From: Promethearchaeota archaeon
GTDB taxonomy: Archaea; Asgardarchaeota; Lokiarchaeia; Sigyniarchaeales; SOKP01
NCBI GenBank assembly: GCA_030605895.1
Contig: JAUWHL010000005.1
Coordinates: 1 to 32,159 of the forward strand
Direction: 5' to 3'
Length of the DNA stretch: 32,159 bases
Shown: positions 8,760 to 17,215 of the stretch, piece after piece
Layout: every line of letters begins with the position of its first letter
Numbering within the stretch: position 1 is the first letter of the stretch
Made by a program: the position numbers and the translations under genes
The notes under the pieces: generated by a model
The model's input: only the letters and a program-made list of their open reading frames with translations
Databases searched by the model: none
Told to the model about the DNA's origin: nothing

Positions 8760-9647
8760 ATGATGAAACCTCTTATTTTTTTAGTAGAAGATGATGAAGT
8801 TCTTATAAAGAATTTTAAAATATTCTTTGAAATGAATGACTATGACTTAGCAACCGCTTTGAATGGAAAACAAGGATTAGACGTTCTTTCAAATCTTGAA
8901 TCCCCCCCAGATATTATAATCAGTGATATTTTAATGCCCGAAATGGATGGATATGAGTTTTATATGAAGGTTTCAGAAAAAACGGAGTGGTCAAGAATTC
9001 CATTTTTCTTTCTATCTGGTAAAACAGAACCTGATGATGTAAGATTTGGTAAAATGCTTGGAGCAGATGATTACATTACAAAGCCATTTAGTCCAAAAGA
9101 TTTATTAGAAAAAATTAAAATAAAAATAAAAGAAAGTAGAGAAATTAGAAAAAGCTCTAAAATACTTGAGGAAAAGCTTAAAGACATATTAAAATTCGAA
9201 GAACCATCCCTCGAAACGCTTAGTAGAGCCGATTTTTATTATATCTTTCAAATGAGTTGGGATGATAATAAAGGGCCTGTAATATTAGATTACTTTCCAA
9301 AAAATCTAATTCCTTCACTCAATCTTGAAAACCTTACAACTCAACTATATTCTACACTGATAAAAATATATGAATTTGAGCAAGTTCTAGAGAAAAACCA
9401 ATTTATTATGAGGATTGTAAAAGATTTAATAGACGCGTATGCATTGATAGATAAAATGGAAGATAGCTCGGTAATTGCTCCTAAAAGTGGTAAGGGAACA
9501 TTTATGGTATGCGCAATAACTCCCAATTTTCATTATCTCAATTCTAAAAGAATTAGGGGACTTCTAACAAAAATAGCTTTTAATATAAAGGCAAAAAAAG
9601 AATGGAACATAAAAGAATATTGGGAACAATTATCCCAAATTGTATGA
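8760..9647 (+). CDS. Response regulator: CheY-like receiver domain plus an uncharacterised ~140-aa C-terminal alpha/beta domain
   Basis: The receiver residues are complete: acidic pair in LVEDDE, phospho-acceptor D in IISDILMPEMDG, LSGKT, and K in YITKPF. A K/E-rich helix follows, then the non-DNA-binding-looking domain FYYIFQMSWDDNKGPVILDYFP... No histidine kinase gene is present in the window. Confidence 0.85.
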   Translation: MMKPLIFLVEDDEVLIKNFKIFFEMNDYDLATALNGKQGLDVLSNLESPPDIIISDILMPEMDGYEFYMKVSEKTEWSRIPFFFLSGKTEPDDVRFGKMLGADDYITKPFSPKDLLEKIKIKIKESREIRKSSKILEEKLKDILKFEEPSLETLSRADFYYIFQMSWDDNKGPVILDYFPKNLIPSLNLENLTTQLYSTLIKIYEFEQVLEKNQFIMRIVKDLIDAYALIDKMEDSSVIAPKSGKGTFMVCAITPNFHYLNSKRIRGLLTKIAFNIKAKKEWNIKEYWEQLSQIV

Positions 9648-9816
9648 AGTTATCTTTCTCATTTTATTATCTCTTTCTAGGAAAGTGATAAGAATTTAAA
9701 GTGCAATATTGAAATTCTGAATAGTTATTGTTTTATTAGATTAAAAATTAATTTATTTCATTGTTAACATTTGTTTTAAATTAGTTACCTTACATAAAAG
9801 GGGAGTTTCTACATTA

Positions 9817-11121
9817 TTGAATGAGCAAGAATATAATCAAATGATAAAACGTTGTCTCCGCTGCTCGATATGCAAGTGGATTCCACAGTTACAAATTAAG
9901 AGTCAAAAATATGCCACAATTTGCCCTTCGATAGACATGTATAACTTTCATGCATATAGCGCTGGAGGTCGTATAATCATAGCTTTAGCGCTAGAAATGG
10001 GAAGATTGAAACCGTCTAAAGATTTAATGGATATTGTATATAAATGCACTGAATGTGGTGCTTGTGCTGTCACTTGTAAATTTTTAAATACATTAGAACC
10101 CCTTGAAATTATTGTTAAACTCAGAGAAAAATTGGTTTCTCTAGGATACGGACCAATGCCAGAACAAAAACAATATATTGAATCAATTAAAAACAATAAT
10201 AACCCGTATAATGAACCTCATGAAAAGAGAATGGGGTGGTTACCTAGTGATATTAAAAACGATCCTGACGCAAAAACCCTCTATTTTGTTGGATGTACAT
10301 CTTCTTACAGGAGAAAAGAAATAGCAATTGCTAGCGCTCGTGTAATGAATGCTGCGAATTATCCATTTAAAATTCTTAAACAAAAGGAATACTGTTGTGG
10401 AAGCCCAATCTTAAGAACCGGAGATAAAAAACCATTTATTGACCAAGTAAACAAAAATATAGATGTTATTGAAAAAGAAGGAATAGAAACTGTCGTTTTT
10501 AGTTGTGCTGGATGTTATAACACTTTTAAAGTTGATTATCCCTTAGAAAGAGATTGTAATTTCAAGGTGCTTCATACAACCGAATTATTTAACGAACTTA
10601 TTGAAAATTCTAAATTAGAATTAGATAATCAAGTCCTTCATACAGTAACTTACCATGATCCTTGTCATTTAGGGCGCAATTCCGAACCATATGAAGAATG
10701 GGATGGTGAGGCATTACAAATGATGCCTTTTATATCTATTAATATACCTGAAAAACCTAAGAGAAGTGGAGCAAATGGTATTTATGATTCTCCAAGAAAT
10801 TTATTAAATAAAATACCAGGGCTTAATTTTATTGAAATGGAAAGAATAAAAGAATATTCCTATTGTTGTGGCGCTGGAGGGGGTGTAAAATCAGCATTTC
10901 CAGAATTTGCTCTTAAAACTGCTAAAACTCGGATTGAAGAAGCTGAAGACACAGGAGCGGAAATAATTACCTCTGCATGTCCTTTTTGCTCCACAAATTT
11001 AAAGGATGGAATTATTGAAAAAGGTTCTAGTTTAAGTTTTTATGACATAAGCGAATTAATTTTAATGGCACTTTCTTCACAACCTAAATCTGTTAAAGAA
11101 TTATCAAAGGGGGTTACATAA
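9817..11121 (+). CDS. (Fe-S)-binding CCG-domain oxidoreductase subunit (GlcF/GlpC/HdrD/LutA type)
   Basis: Two ferredoxin-like Cys clusters (CLRCSICKW...ICPS; CTECGACAVTCKF) and two CCG domains (FVGCTSSY...YCCGSP; YHDPCHLGR...YCCGAGGG...CPFC). The track start is TTG at 9817, preceded by GGGGAG. An in-frame ATG at 9841 is an alternative start. Confidence 0.8.
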   Translation: MNEQEYNQMIKRCLRCSICKWIPQLQIKSQKYATICPSIDMYNFHAYSAGGRIIIALALEMGRLKPSKDLMDIVYKCTECGACAVTCKFLNTLEPLEIIVKLREKLVSLGYGPMPEQKQYIESIKNNNNPYNEPHEKRMGWLPSDIKNDPDAKTLYFVGCTSSYRRKEIAIASARVMNAANYPFKILKQKEYCCGSPILRTGDKKPFIDQVNKNIDVIEKEGIETVVFSCAGCYNTFKVDYPLERDCNFKVLHTTELFNELIENSKLELDNQVLHTVTYHDPCHLGRNSEPYEEWDGEALQMMPFISINIPEKPKRSGANGIYDSPRNLLNKIPGLNFIEMERIKEYSYCCGAGGGVKSAFPEFALKTAKTRIEEAEDTGAEIITSACPFCSTNLKDGIIEKGSSLSFYDISELILMALSSQPKSVKELSKGVT

Positions 11122-12690
11122 ATGTTTCTGGAGAAAGAAATCTTTAAAGAGTTTGAAGACATTGTTGGCGTGGGTAACATTGATGATGGTGTTGTTATAA
11201 CCAACGTGTATGCGTATAATTGGTGTATGGAAATTTTTAATTATATGGATGGTAAAGAACCAATTCCTTTTTCCCCTATACCAAAAGCAGTTATTCTCCC
11301 TTCATCGACAGAAGAAGTACAAAAAATAGTAAAATTGTGTAATAAATACAGGATACAAATAAAAATCCAATCTACAGGATTAGGACCTTGGAATCAGCCA
11401 TCTACTGATAATTGTATTATTTTTGACATGCGTAGGATGAATAAAATTATAAAAATTGATGAAAAAAATCTTTATGCTGTAATAGAACCATATGTAAGTG
11501 GTGCACAACTACAAGTTGAAACTATGAAATATGATTTAACAATTCACATGCCAGGGGCAGGTCCAATGGTCTCCCCACTAGCTAGTGCTACGAGCATGAA
11601 TGGTCCGGGTTTTACATCTCCTTGTACAGGCCATAGTGCTAGGAATGTATTAGCTGTAGAATGGGTATTACCAGATGGAGAGGTTATGAAACTAGGATCT
11701 TATGGCCTAAAAAACAATTCTGATTGGTTCCATGGAGATGGACCTGGTCCATCATTAAGAGGTATCATGAGAGGCTGGGCGGGCACAAAATCAGGACTTG
11801 GAGTTTTTACTAAAGTTGCAGTAAAGTTATTTCCCTATCCATGTAGTACAGATTTCAATGTTAAAGGTAATTCTCCCAATTATGATTTTGATATCCCTGA
11901 TTTTATGAAATTATATGTTATGGATTGCGGAAATTTCAAGAAACTTGAAGATGTTATGTTGGGAGTGGAAGAAGAAGAAATATCATTCATGTGCAGTTAT
12001 TTATCAGGTTTTGCGGTGATGGCAATTTTTTCTAATTCAATTGAGAGTTTAATGGATAAAATTCCAATAGGGCAGATGAAAGCTCCGTTGGTTGTAATAA
12101 TAACAGCCCGTACAAAGCGAGAATTTGCGTATAAACAAAAAGTAATGGATTTCTTACTTAATAATTTTAAAATAGAAAACATTATCGGAAAAATTTACAC
12201 TCCTAAACCTATATTTTATGCTGAAGCTCTCCGTTCGAATTTAGGACTACATGGTTTTATAGCTACTGGAGGATTTCAGTCTTCTAAAGGAGTGGCAGAT
12301 ACTGCAGCTGTATGTCTTCGAAGCACTAAATCAAACATCCCATTAAAGCAGGAATTTATTAAGAAGGAAGCAATTGCTAATGATTTTGGAGAGGGTACAT
12401 GGATGACATCTTATGAATCAGGGCATTATTTTCATATGGAATCCCCTACCATGTTTGATCAAACTGAAGAGAGTAGTGTGAAAGGAATGGCTGAATATAT
12501 GGAAAAAAGCAATCAGTTAGATTTATTAAAACATCTTGGTGCTCCATTCTTCGTAGAAGGTACACGTATGCATGAGCTATTTGGCCCTTATATGTCCAAT
12601 TATCATATATGGTTGAGAAAAATTAAAGAAACGTTTGACCCAAATAATATATCTGATTCTGGATTTTACATTTCACCACAAAATAAATAA
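11122..12690 (+). CDS. FAD-binding PCMH/VAO-type oxidoreductase, second paralogue (GlcE/GlcD-like)
   Basis: FAD_binding_4-like region PKAVILPSSTEEVQKIVKLC...YAVIEPYVSGAQLQ...VLAVEWVLPDGEVMKLGS, with C-terminal KETFDPNNISDSG. Its ATG directly abuts the TAA of the upstream Fe-S gene, which suggests translational coupling. Confidence 0.7.
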   Translation: MFLEKEIFKEFEDIVGVGNIDDGVVITNVYAYNWCMEIFNYMDGKEPIPFSPIPKAVILPSSTEEVQKIVKLCNKYRIQIKIQSTGLGPWNQPSTDNCIIFDMRRMNKIIKIDEKNLYAVIEPYVSGAQLQVETMKYDLTIHMPGAGPMVSPLASATSMNGPGFTSPCTGHSARNVLAVEWVLPDGEVMKLGSYGLKNNSDWFHGDGPGPSLRGIMRGWAGTKSGLGVFTKVAVKLFPYPCSTDFNVKGNSPNYDFDIPDFMKLYVMDCGNFKKLEDVMLGVEEEEISFMCSYLSGFAVMAIFSNSIESLMDKIPIGQMKAPLVVIITARTKREFAYKQKVMDFLLNNFKIENIIGKIYTPKPIFYAEALRSNLGLHGFIATGGFQSSKGVADTAAVCLRSTKSNIPLKQEFIKKEAIANDFGEGTWMTSYESGHYFHMESPTMFDQTEESSVKGMAEYMEKSNQLDLLKHLGAPFFVEGTRMHELFGPYMSNYHIWLRKIKETFDPNNISDSGFYISPQNK

Positions 12691-12714
12691 AAAATTAAGT
12701 TCAGGAGAAATATC

Positions 12715-13128
12715 ATGGCAGAATCAAATCATGAAAATAAGTTAAGAGGTTTTGCTGTTCTGCTCAATAGTATACTTACACCTCTAAATGAAAACAAGAA
12801 GTTTCAAGAAAAATTTAGAAAAGTTGATACTAAAATTCTCTTAAACGCTTCAAACTTAAATTATGCTGCTCTAATTATAATTGATCATGGATTTATAAGA
12901 GTTGAGAGTATACCAAATAAACCAAAAGCAAACTTGAAAAAACGAGAGATAGGATGGAAAGCATTTTTAGAAATGGACACACAAACTTTCCTTGCTCTTG
13001 CTATGAATAGACTCTCACTAATTGGTATTGCGAAGAAGTGGTTAACCCATAAAGTAAAAATGCGAGGAATTAGAAAATTATTAATTTTATTAAAAGTGTT
13101 TAGGTTTTTAACAAGTTATAACGATTAG
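12715..13128 (+). CDS. SCP2 (sterol/lipid carrier)-like domain protein
   Basis: A 137-aa protein. The pattern KILLNASNLNYAALIIIDHGFIRVE...MDTQTFLALAMNRLSLIGIAKKWLTHKVKMRGIRKLLILLKVF resembles the SCP2 fold, ending in a ...G+lk+kG....l.kl motif. AGGAGA lies 8 nt upstream of the ATG. Confidence 0.5.
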   Translation: MAESNHENKLRGFAVLLNSILTPLNENKKFQEKFRKVDTKILLNASNLNYAALIIIDHGFIRVESIPNKPKANLKKREIGWKAFLEMDTQTFLALAMNRLSLIGIAKKWLTHKVKMRGIRKLLILLKVFRFLTSYND

Positions 13129-13173
13129 ATTTTATTTATATATAAATATTAAGATATAAGAGAAAGATTTATT

Positions 13174-14220
13174 ATGAGTACAAAAATTAAAGAAGCCTGG
13201 TTAGGCCCAGGTCGAAAAGATGGCGAAATTAAGCCTATCCAACCTAAAGATGACGCATTACATATCGATATGAAAAAGAAAGGTACCAGAGAATGGTGGT
13301 ATTTTGATGCTCGGCTTGAAAATGGATATACAGTCGTAGGGTTTTTTCGAGCAAAACACGAAAGAACTGGTAAAACTGGTGTAGAGATCACGATCTATAA
13401 ACCCAACGGAGAAAAAACTCAGAAAGTTATCGATTATAATCCTTCTGATTTTAAAGCTTCGCAAGATTTACCAGAGGTGCAAATTGGTAAAAATTATATA
13501 AAAGTTGATTATTCTAACAAAGAATTACCAAACTATGAAATTTTCTTAGATGAAGGTGAATATGGGCTTCATCTAAAATATACTGCCTTAGTTCATGGTT
13601 GGAAGCCTGGAAACGGATATATTGAATTTGGTAAATCAAATTATTTTGGATGGGTTATAGCTTTACCTCGAGCTGATGTTGAAGGAACTATTAAAGTCGA
13701 TAATGAAACTATTAAAGTAAAAGGAATTGGATATCACGATCATAACTGGTTAAATTTTAATTTTGCAATGATAATAGATTATTGGTATTGGGGTAGGATA
13801 TACTCTGATAATTTTACCATTATTTTTGCTTATATTAAATGCAATAAAAGAATGGATAATTACCCAATCCAAGTTCTTATGCTTGCTAAAAACGAAAATG
13901 TAATTCTTAGTACAGGAGAATATGAATTGATTCAAGATAATTTTGAATATAATAATAAAACTGGAAATAAATATCCGAAAGTTTTAAAGTTTAAAGTTGG
14001 TGATCAACAAGAAATTACTCTTAAAGTTCAAAAAATTATTGATTCTGATAATCTTCTTTATGAATTAGGACCAATTACACGATTCCTAGCAAAAAATATC
14101 TTGAAATTAAGACCAGGATATTTCCGATTGAACTCCAAGTTTATCCTCAATATATCTGATGGGGGTAAAACTGTTACAGAGGAAGGGAACACACTTCACG
14201 AAATGGTTATCACAAAATAA
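13174..14220 (+). CDS. CrtC/AttH-like lipocalin-fold protein (hydroxyneurosporene-synthase-like family), putative
   Basis: The N-terminal HIDMKKKGTREWWYFDARLENGYTVVGFFRAK resembles the H...EWWY...G...F signature of CrtC/AttH-type proteins. The sequence looks beta-rich and contains a HDHNW motif. The assignment is by eye only. Confidence 0.4.
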   Translation: MSTKIKEAWLGPGRKDGEIKPIQPKDDALHIDMKKKGTREWWYFDARLENGYTVVGFFRAKHERTGKTGVEITIYKPNGEKTQKVIDYNPSDFKASQDLPEVQIGKNYIKVDYSNKELPNYEIFLDEGEYGLHLKYTALVHGWKPGNGYIEFGKSNYFGWVIALPRADVEGTIKVDNETIKVKGIGYHDHNWLNFNFAMIIDYWYWGRIYSDNFTIIFAYIKCNKRMDNYPIQVLMLAKNENVILSTGEYELIQDNFEYNNKTGNKYPKVLKFKVGDQQEITLKVQKIIDSDNLLYELGPITRFLAKNILKLRPGYFRLNSKFILNISDGGKTVTEEGNTLHEMVITK

Positions 14221-14266
14221 AAATGAAAATCAGAGTTTAAGAAAGAAACTCCATTCTAGTCTTTCT

Positions 14267-14950
14267 TTATTTCTCCTCTAAAGCTTTTTTTGGAAATAAG
14301 CGTTCTTTTAACTTTGCACTCTGAGTATCCATATCGTAATCGATGAGACCAACTTTTGCTAATTCTTGAACAGCCCTTAAAACAAACGCACCTCTGATTC
14401 CAGTAGTGTTCTTTATTTCATCTCTCGACATAGATTCTTTATCACCGTGGAGAATTTTTAATATCCGATAATGGGGCTGTCCTTGCCAAATCTCTGAAAC
14501 TAAAACAGAATAGATTGATAATAATGCACGAATTCTTTCAAAATTATATTCTGCCTCTTCTGCTTCTTCTGCTGACGTCATGAACTTCTTCAATTCGACT
14601 TTTACTTTTTTATATTCATCCAATAATTTCATTTGTTCTTCTGTTAAAGCACCTATTTTTTGATCTCTCTCTTGTTTTTCTAATTCTAATTTTTTGGCTT
14701 CATCTTCTAATTTTGCTTTATCTAATTCTAATTGTTTTTTATCAGCTTCTAAACTTGATTTTTCACTTTCTAGTTTAATTTTTTCTTTCGCAAGTACATC
14801 TGTTTCTTGTCTAAGTGTAGATTTTTCTTGTTCAAGTTCTGCTAACTCATTTCTGGCTTTCTTTAATACTTCAATAAATTCTTGAAAATGTGTTTCAACA
14901 CTGCTTAAGGTTTTGTCAATAATATTTAAAGTATTATCTTTTTCAGACAT
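14267..14950 (-). CDS. Coiled-coil protein with a C-terminal winged-helix (MarR/ArsR-like) domain
   Basis: About 120 aa of heptad-like E/K/L repeats (ELEQEKSTLRQETDVLAKEKIKLESEKSSLEADKKQLELDKAKLEDEAKKLELEKQE). The C-terminus PHYRILKILHGDKESMSRDEIKNTTGIRGAFVLRAVQELAKVGLIDYD looks like a wHTH. The track ORF starts at GTG 14959; ATG at 14950 (MSEKDN...) is the more likely start. Confidence 0.6.
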   Translation of the reverse strand: MSEKDNTLNIIDKTLSSVETHFQEFIEVLKKARNELAELEQEKSTLRQETDVLAKEKIKLESEKSSLEADKKQLELDKAKLEDEAKKLELEKQERDQKIGALTEEQMKLLDEYKKVKVELKKFMTSAEEAEEAEYNFERIRALLSIYSVLVSEIWQGQPHYRILKILHGDKESMSRDEIKNTTGIRGAFVLRAVQELAKVGLIDYDMDTQSAKLKERLFPKKALEEK

Positions 14951-15159
14951 TGGAATCACATTTAATAATATTTATACAATATTTATAAAAATTCATGGTA
15001 AGTTTTTAAATTTATACAAAAAGCTTTTCATAAGGAATTTAAGACTGATGAATGAAATAACAAAATTATCTAAAAAAATAAGGTTTAGCACTAGTAGTTT
15101 ATATTAAAAAAATAAAAAAAATAGAATTCAATTCTGCTTATTTACAAATTTTTTGAAAA

Positions 15160-15966
15160 TTAAATAGAGATAGCTGTTATTCCTTGCGATTCTAGGTATT
15201 TTGTTATTTCTTCTAATGGCATGCCAATAAGGTCACATAATTCATTTATTTTGCTCATTAAAGTCTCTGTTTTTTCGGCTAAGTTTGCCGCTTTATATAA
15301 GATAGATGCTTGAATATAGCCGTCAATTGCCATTACTAAATTATTTTTTGATTTTTCAACATCATTTGCATTTTTATTAAATTTGTCAGCAGCTTCTGTT
15401 AATACCTTAATTTTGAGTTCTTCACTTCCACCTTTTTCATAGTTTTGTATTGAATGTTTAAAAATTTCTAGAGCTAATCTTGGATCTTCCATTTCTTCTG
15501 CTTTTTTTCTAAATTGATCACCAGAGTCAATCCAACATGCTTTACTCAATTCACCATCTTCCCCTTGAGATGCATAAAAAGAAGCTTTTGCAAATTGTTG
15601 CTCTGCTGAATCAGCATCCTCAGACTTTTTTGCTTCTGCTCTTAAATTTTTTGCAGAATCTATAAACTTCTTATAAGCTTCATTCATGGTTTTTTCGGAT
15701 TCGGCTTGTTTATCAATTTGAGTATAGATTTCTGAAGCAGATTCATATATTTCTAAAGCTTTAACTGGATCTTCATTTGAATGTGCCTTATCTCTAAATA
15801 ATTTTGCTGCTTTTGCTAAACAACTAGTACTATTTTTTGGCTTATCATTTTTATTATAACATTCAGCAGCTTGTTTGTAAATGTTAACTGCTTCATCTAT
15901 ATTTTCTTGTTCTAATTCTTTAGCTTTTTTCTCTAAAACTTTACAATCTTCAACCAAATAGATCAA
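15160..15966 (-). CDS. All-alpha helical-repeat protein (TPR-like; repeat motif resembles the SNAP/Sec17 family)
   Basis: A ~90-aa unit is internally duplicated (SNEDPVKALEIYESASEIY vs EMEDPRLALEIFKHSIQNY). The motif A-x-x-x-[YF]-x-[QK]-A-[AS]-x-x-Y occurs three times (AVNIYKQAAECY, AEQQFAKASFYA, AIDGYIQASILY). A TAG lies immediately upstream of TTG 15966 and the first ATG is at codon 94, so a TTG start is required. Confidence 0.55.
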   Translation of the reverse strand: MIYLVEDCKVLEKKAKELEQENIDEAVNIYKQAAECYNKNDKPKNSTSCLAKAAKLFRDKAHSNEDPVKALEIYESASEIYTQIDKQAESEKTMNEAYKKFIDSAKNLRAEAKKSEDADSAEQQFAKASFYASQGEDGELSKACWIDSGDQFRKKAEEMEDPRLALEIFKHSIQNYEKGGSEELKIKVLTEAADKFNKNANDVEKSKNNLVMAIDGYIQASILYKAANLAEKTETLMSKINELCDLIGMPLEEITKYLESQGITAISI

Positions 15967-16181
15967 CTATTAATTTTTTTGATGTGGATTTATCATAGAA
16001 TTTATGTAAATTATATCTTAATGTAGTATTTAAACTTTATTTAATAAGTATGGTTAAAAATTTAATCCAAGATTTATTACGTTGTTTATTAAAGATGAAT
16101 ATTACTAAATAATTGCTTATATTAGCGATTTTTCTTTATAAGTTATATTCTAAATTTTATAATTCCTTCTTAAAAATCCAT

Positions 16182-16817
16182 TTACTTCTTTGGTTTTATA
16201 ACAAGAATCCGCATATACGCACCAAGAAAAGTTTTATTATGAATTAAAGAACAAGGATGAAATTTTATTAATTGAGTAAAATAGTTACCCCAATACCATG
16301 ATGGATAAAATTCTGATTCATAAACTGCAGTTAATTTAAAATATAGATTTTGTAATAAGGAGTTTTTTGGACGATTATAGTCCGCTATAATAAGATATCC
16401 GGTGGGTTTTACAACTCTTACCATTTCATTGAAAGCTTCTAACCGAATCTCTTGTGGCATATCATGTAATCCAAAAGATATAGAGCAAATATCTTTATTA
16501 GAATCATCAAAGGGTAGATTAGTTGCATCTCCTTTCATAAATCTCAGGTTTGAAAATTTATTTCTTTTATGGGCTTGTATTAACATTGCTTCCGATAAAT
16601 CAATACCAGTTATATTATGGCCATTCTTAGTTGCGAATTTTAGAGCGAGACTACCAGTTCCAGTACACAAATCTAAGATTTCCAAGCTTGAACTATTAGG
16701 TATAAGATTGGATATATATTTTCTAACACCCTTTATTGCGATTTCAATAAAATTATAAACCTTAGCCCATTTTTCAAAAAAAACTTTATTCTTTTGAATA
16801 AATTCTTCTTTATCCAT
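16182..16817 (-). CDS. Class I SAM-dependent methyltransferase (UbiE/COQ5-like)
   Basis: Motif I ILDLCTGTGSLA, an acidic post-I residue in GIDLSEAM, and motif II/III DICSISFGLHDM...VKPTGYLIIAD. Its start lies 1 nt after the padR stop, so the two form an operon. Confidence 0.85.
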   Translation of the reverse strand: MDKEEFIQKNKVFFEKWAKVYNFIEIAIKGVRKYISNLIPNSSSLEILDLCTGTGSLALKFATKNGHNITGIDLSEAMLIQAHKRNKFSNLRFMKGDATNLPFDDSNKDICSISFGLHDMPQEIRLEAFNEMVRVVKPTGYLIIADYNRPKNSLLQNLYFKLTAVYESEFYPSWYWGNYFTQLIKFHPCSLIHNKTFLGAYMRILVIKPKK

Positions 16818-16818
16818 T

Positions 16819-17136
16819 CTAAATCCCCTTAATTACCTCATTATATAGTTCTTTAAGATATTCTTTAATTTTCACAAAATGATTTTTGCCTGCTTCTGTA
16901 ATTGAATAATATTTTCTAATTTTTCCTTTTACATTTATTTTTTCTAAAGATAATAAGCCAGAATAAGTCAATCTATTTAACCATGGATATAAAGTCCCAT
17001 CTGAAATATTATATCCATGCTTAGAAAGCTCTTCTTTTAACCAAGAACCATAAACAGGTTCTTTACTAGCATGATATAATATATGTACTAAGATCGAACC
17101 TTTTTGAAATCTTCTTAAAGGATTTATGGATTTCAT
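16819..17136 (-). CDS. PadR-family transcriptional regulator
   Basis: A 105-aa wHTH protein: ILVHILYHASKEPVYGSWLKEELSKHGYNISDGTLYPWLNRLTYSGLLSLE...RKYYSITEAGKNHF is the canonical PadR pattern. Confidence 0.85.
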   Translation of the reverse strand: MKSINPLRRFQKGSILVHILYHASKEPVYGSWLKEELSKHGYNISDGTLYPWLNRLTYSGLLSLEKINVKGKIRKYYSITEAGKNHFVKIKEYLKELYNEVIKGI

Positions 17137-17215
17137 TATTATATTGGTTTTAAATAATTATGATCAAGAATTCAATAATATTAAAAAGGAATAATTCATA
17201 TTTAATATTATCGAG

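Noticed and set aside
6468-13935. Shadow ORFs 6468-6713(+), 7865-8164(-), 9341-9526(-), 9948-10196(-), 11997-12182(-), 13149-13391(-), 13258-13464(-) and 13750-13935(-)
   Set aside because: Each is nested in or antisense to a longer ORF with recognisable domain motifs. None has an independent start context or a recognisable motif.
15045-15051. CTGATGA (C-box-like) in the 14960-15159 spacer, considered as a possible C/D-box sRNA
   Set aside because: There is no CTGA D or D' box within about 100 nt downstream on that strand, and no terminal complementary stem.
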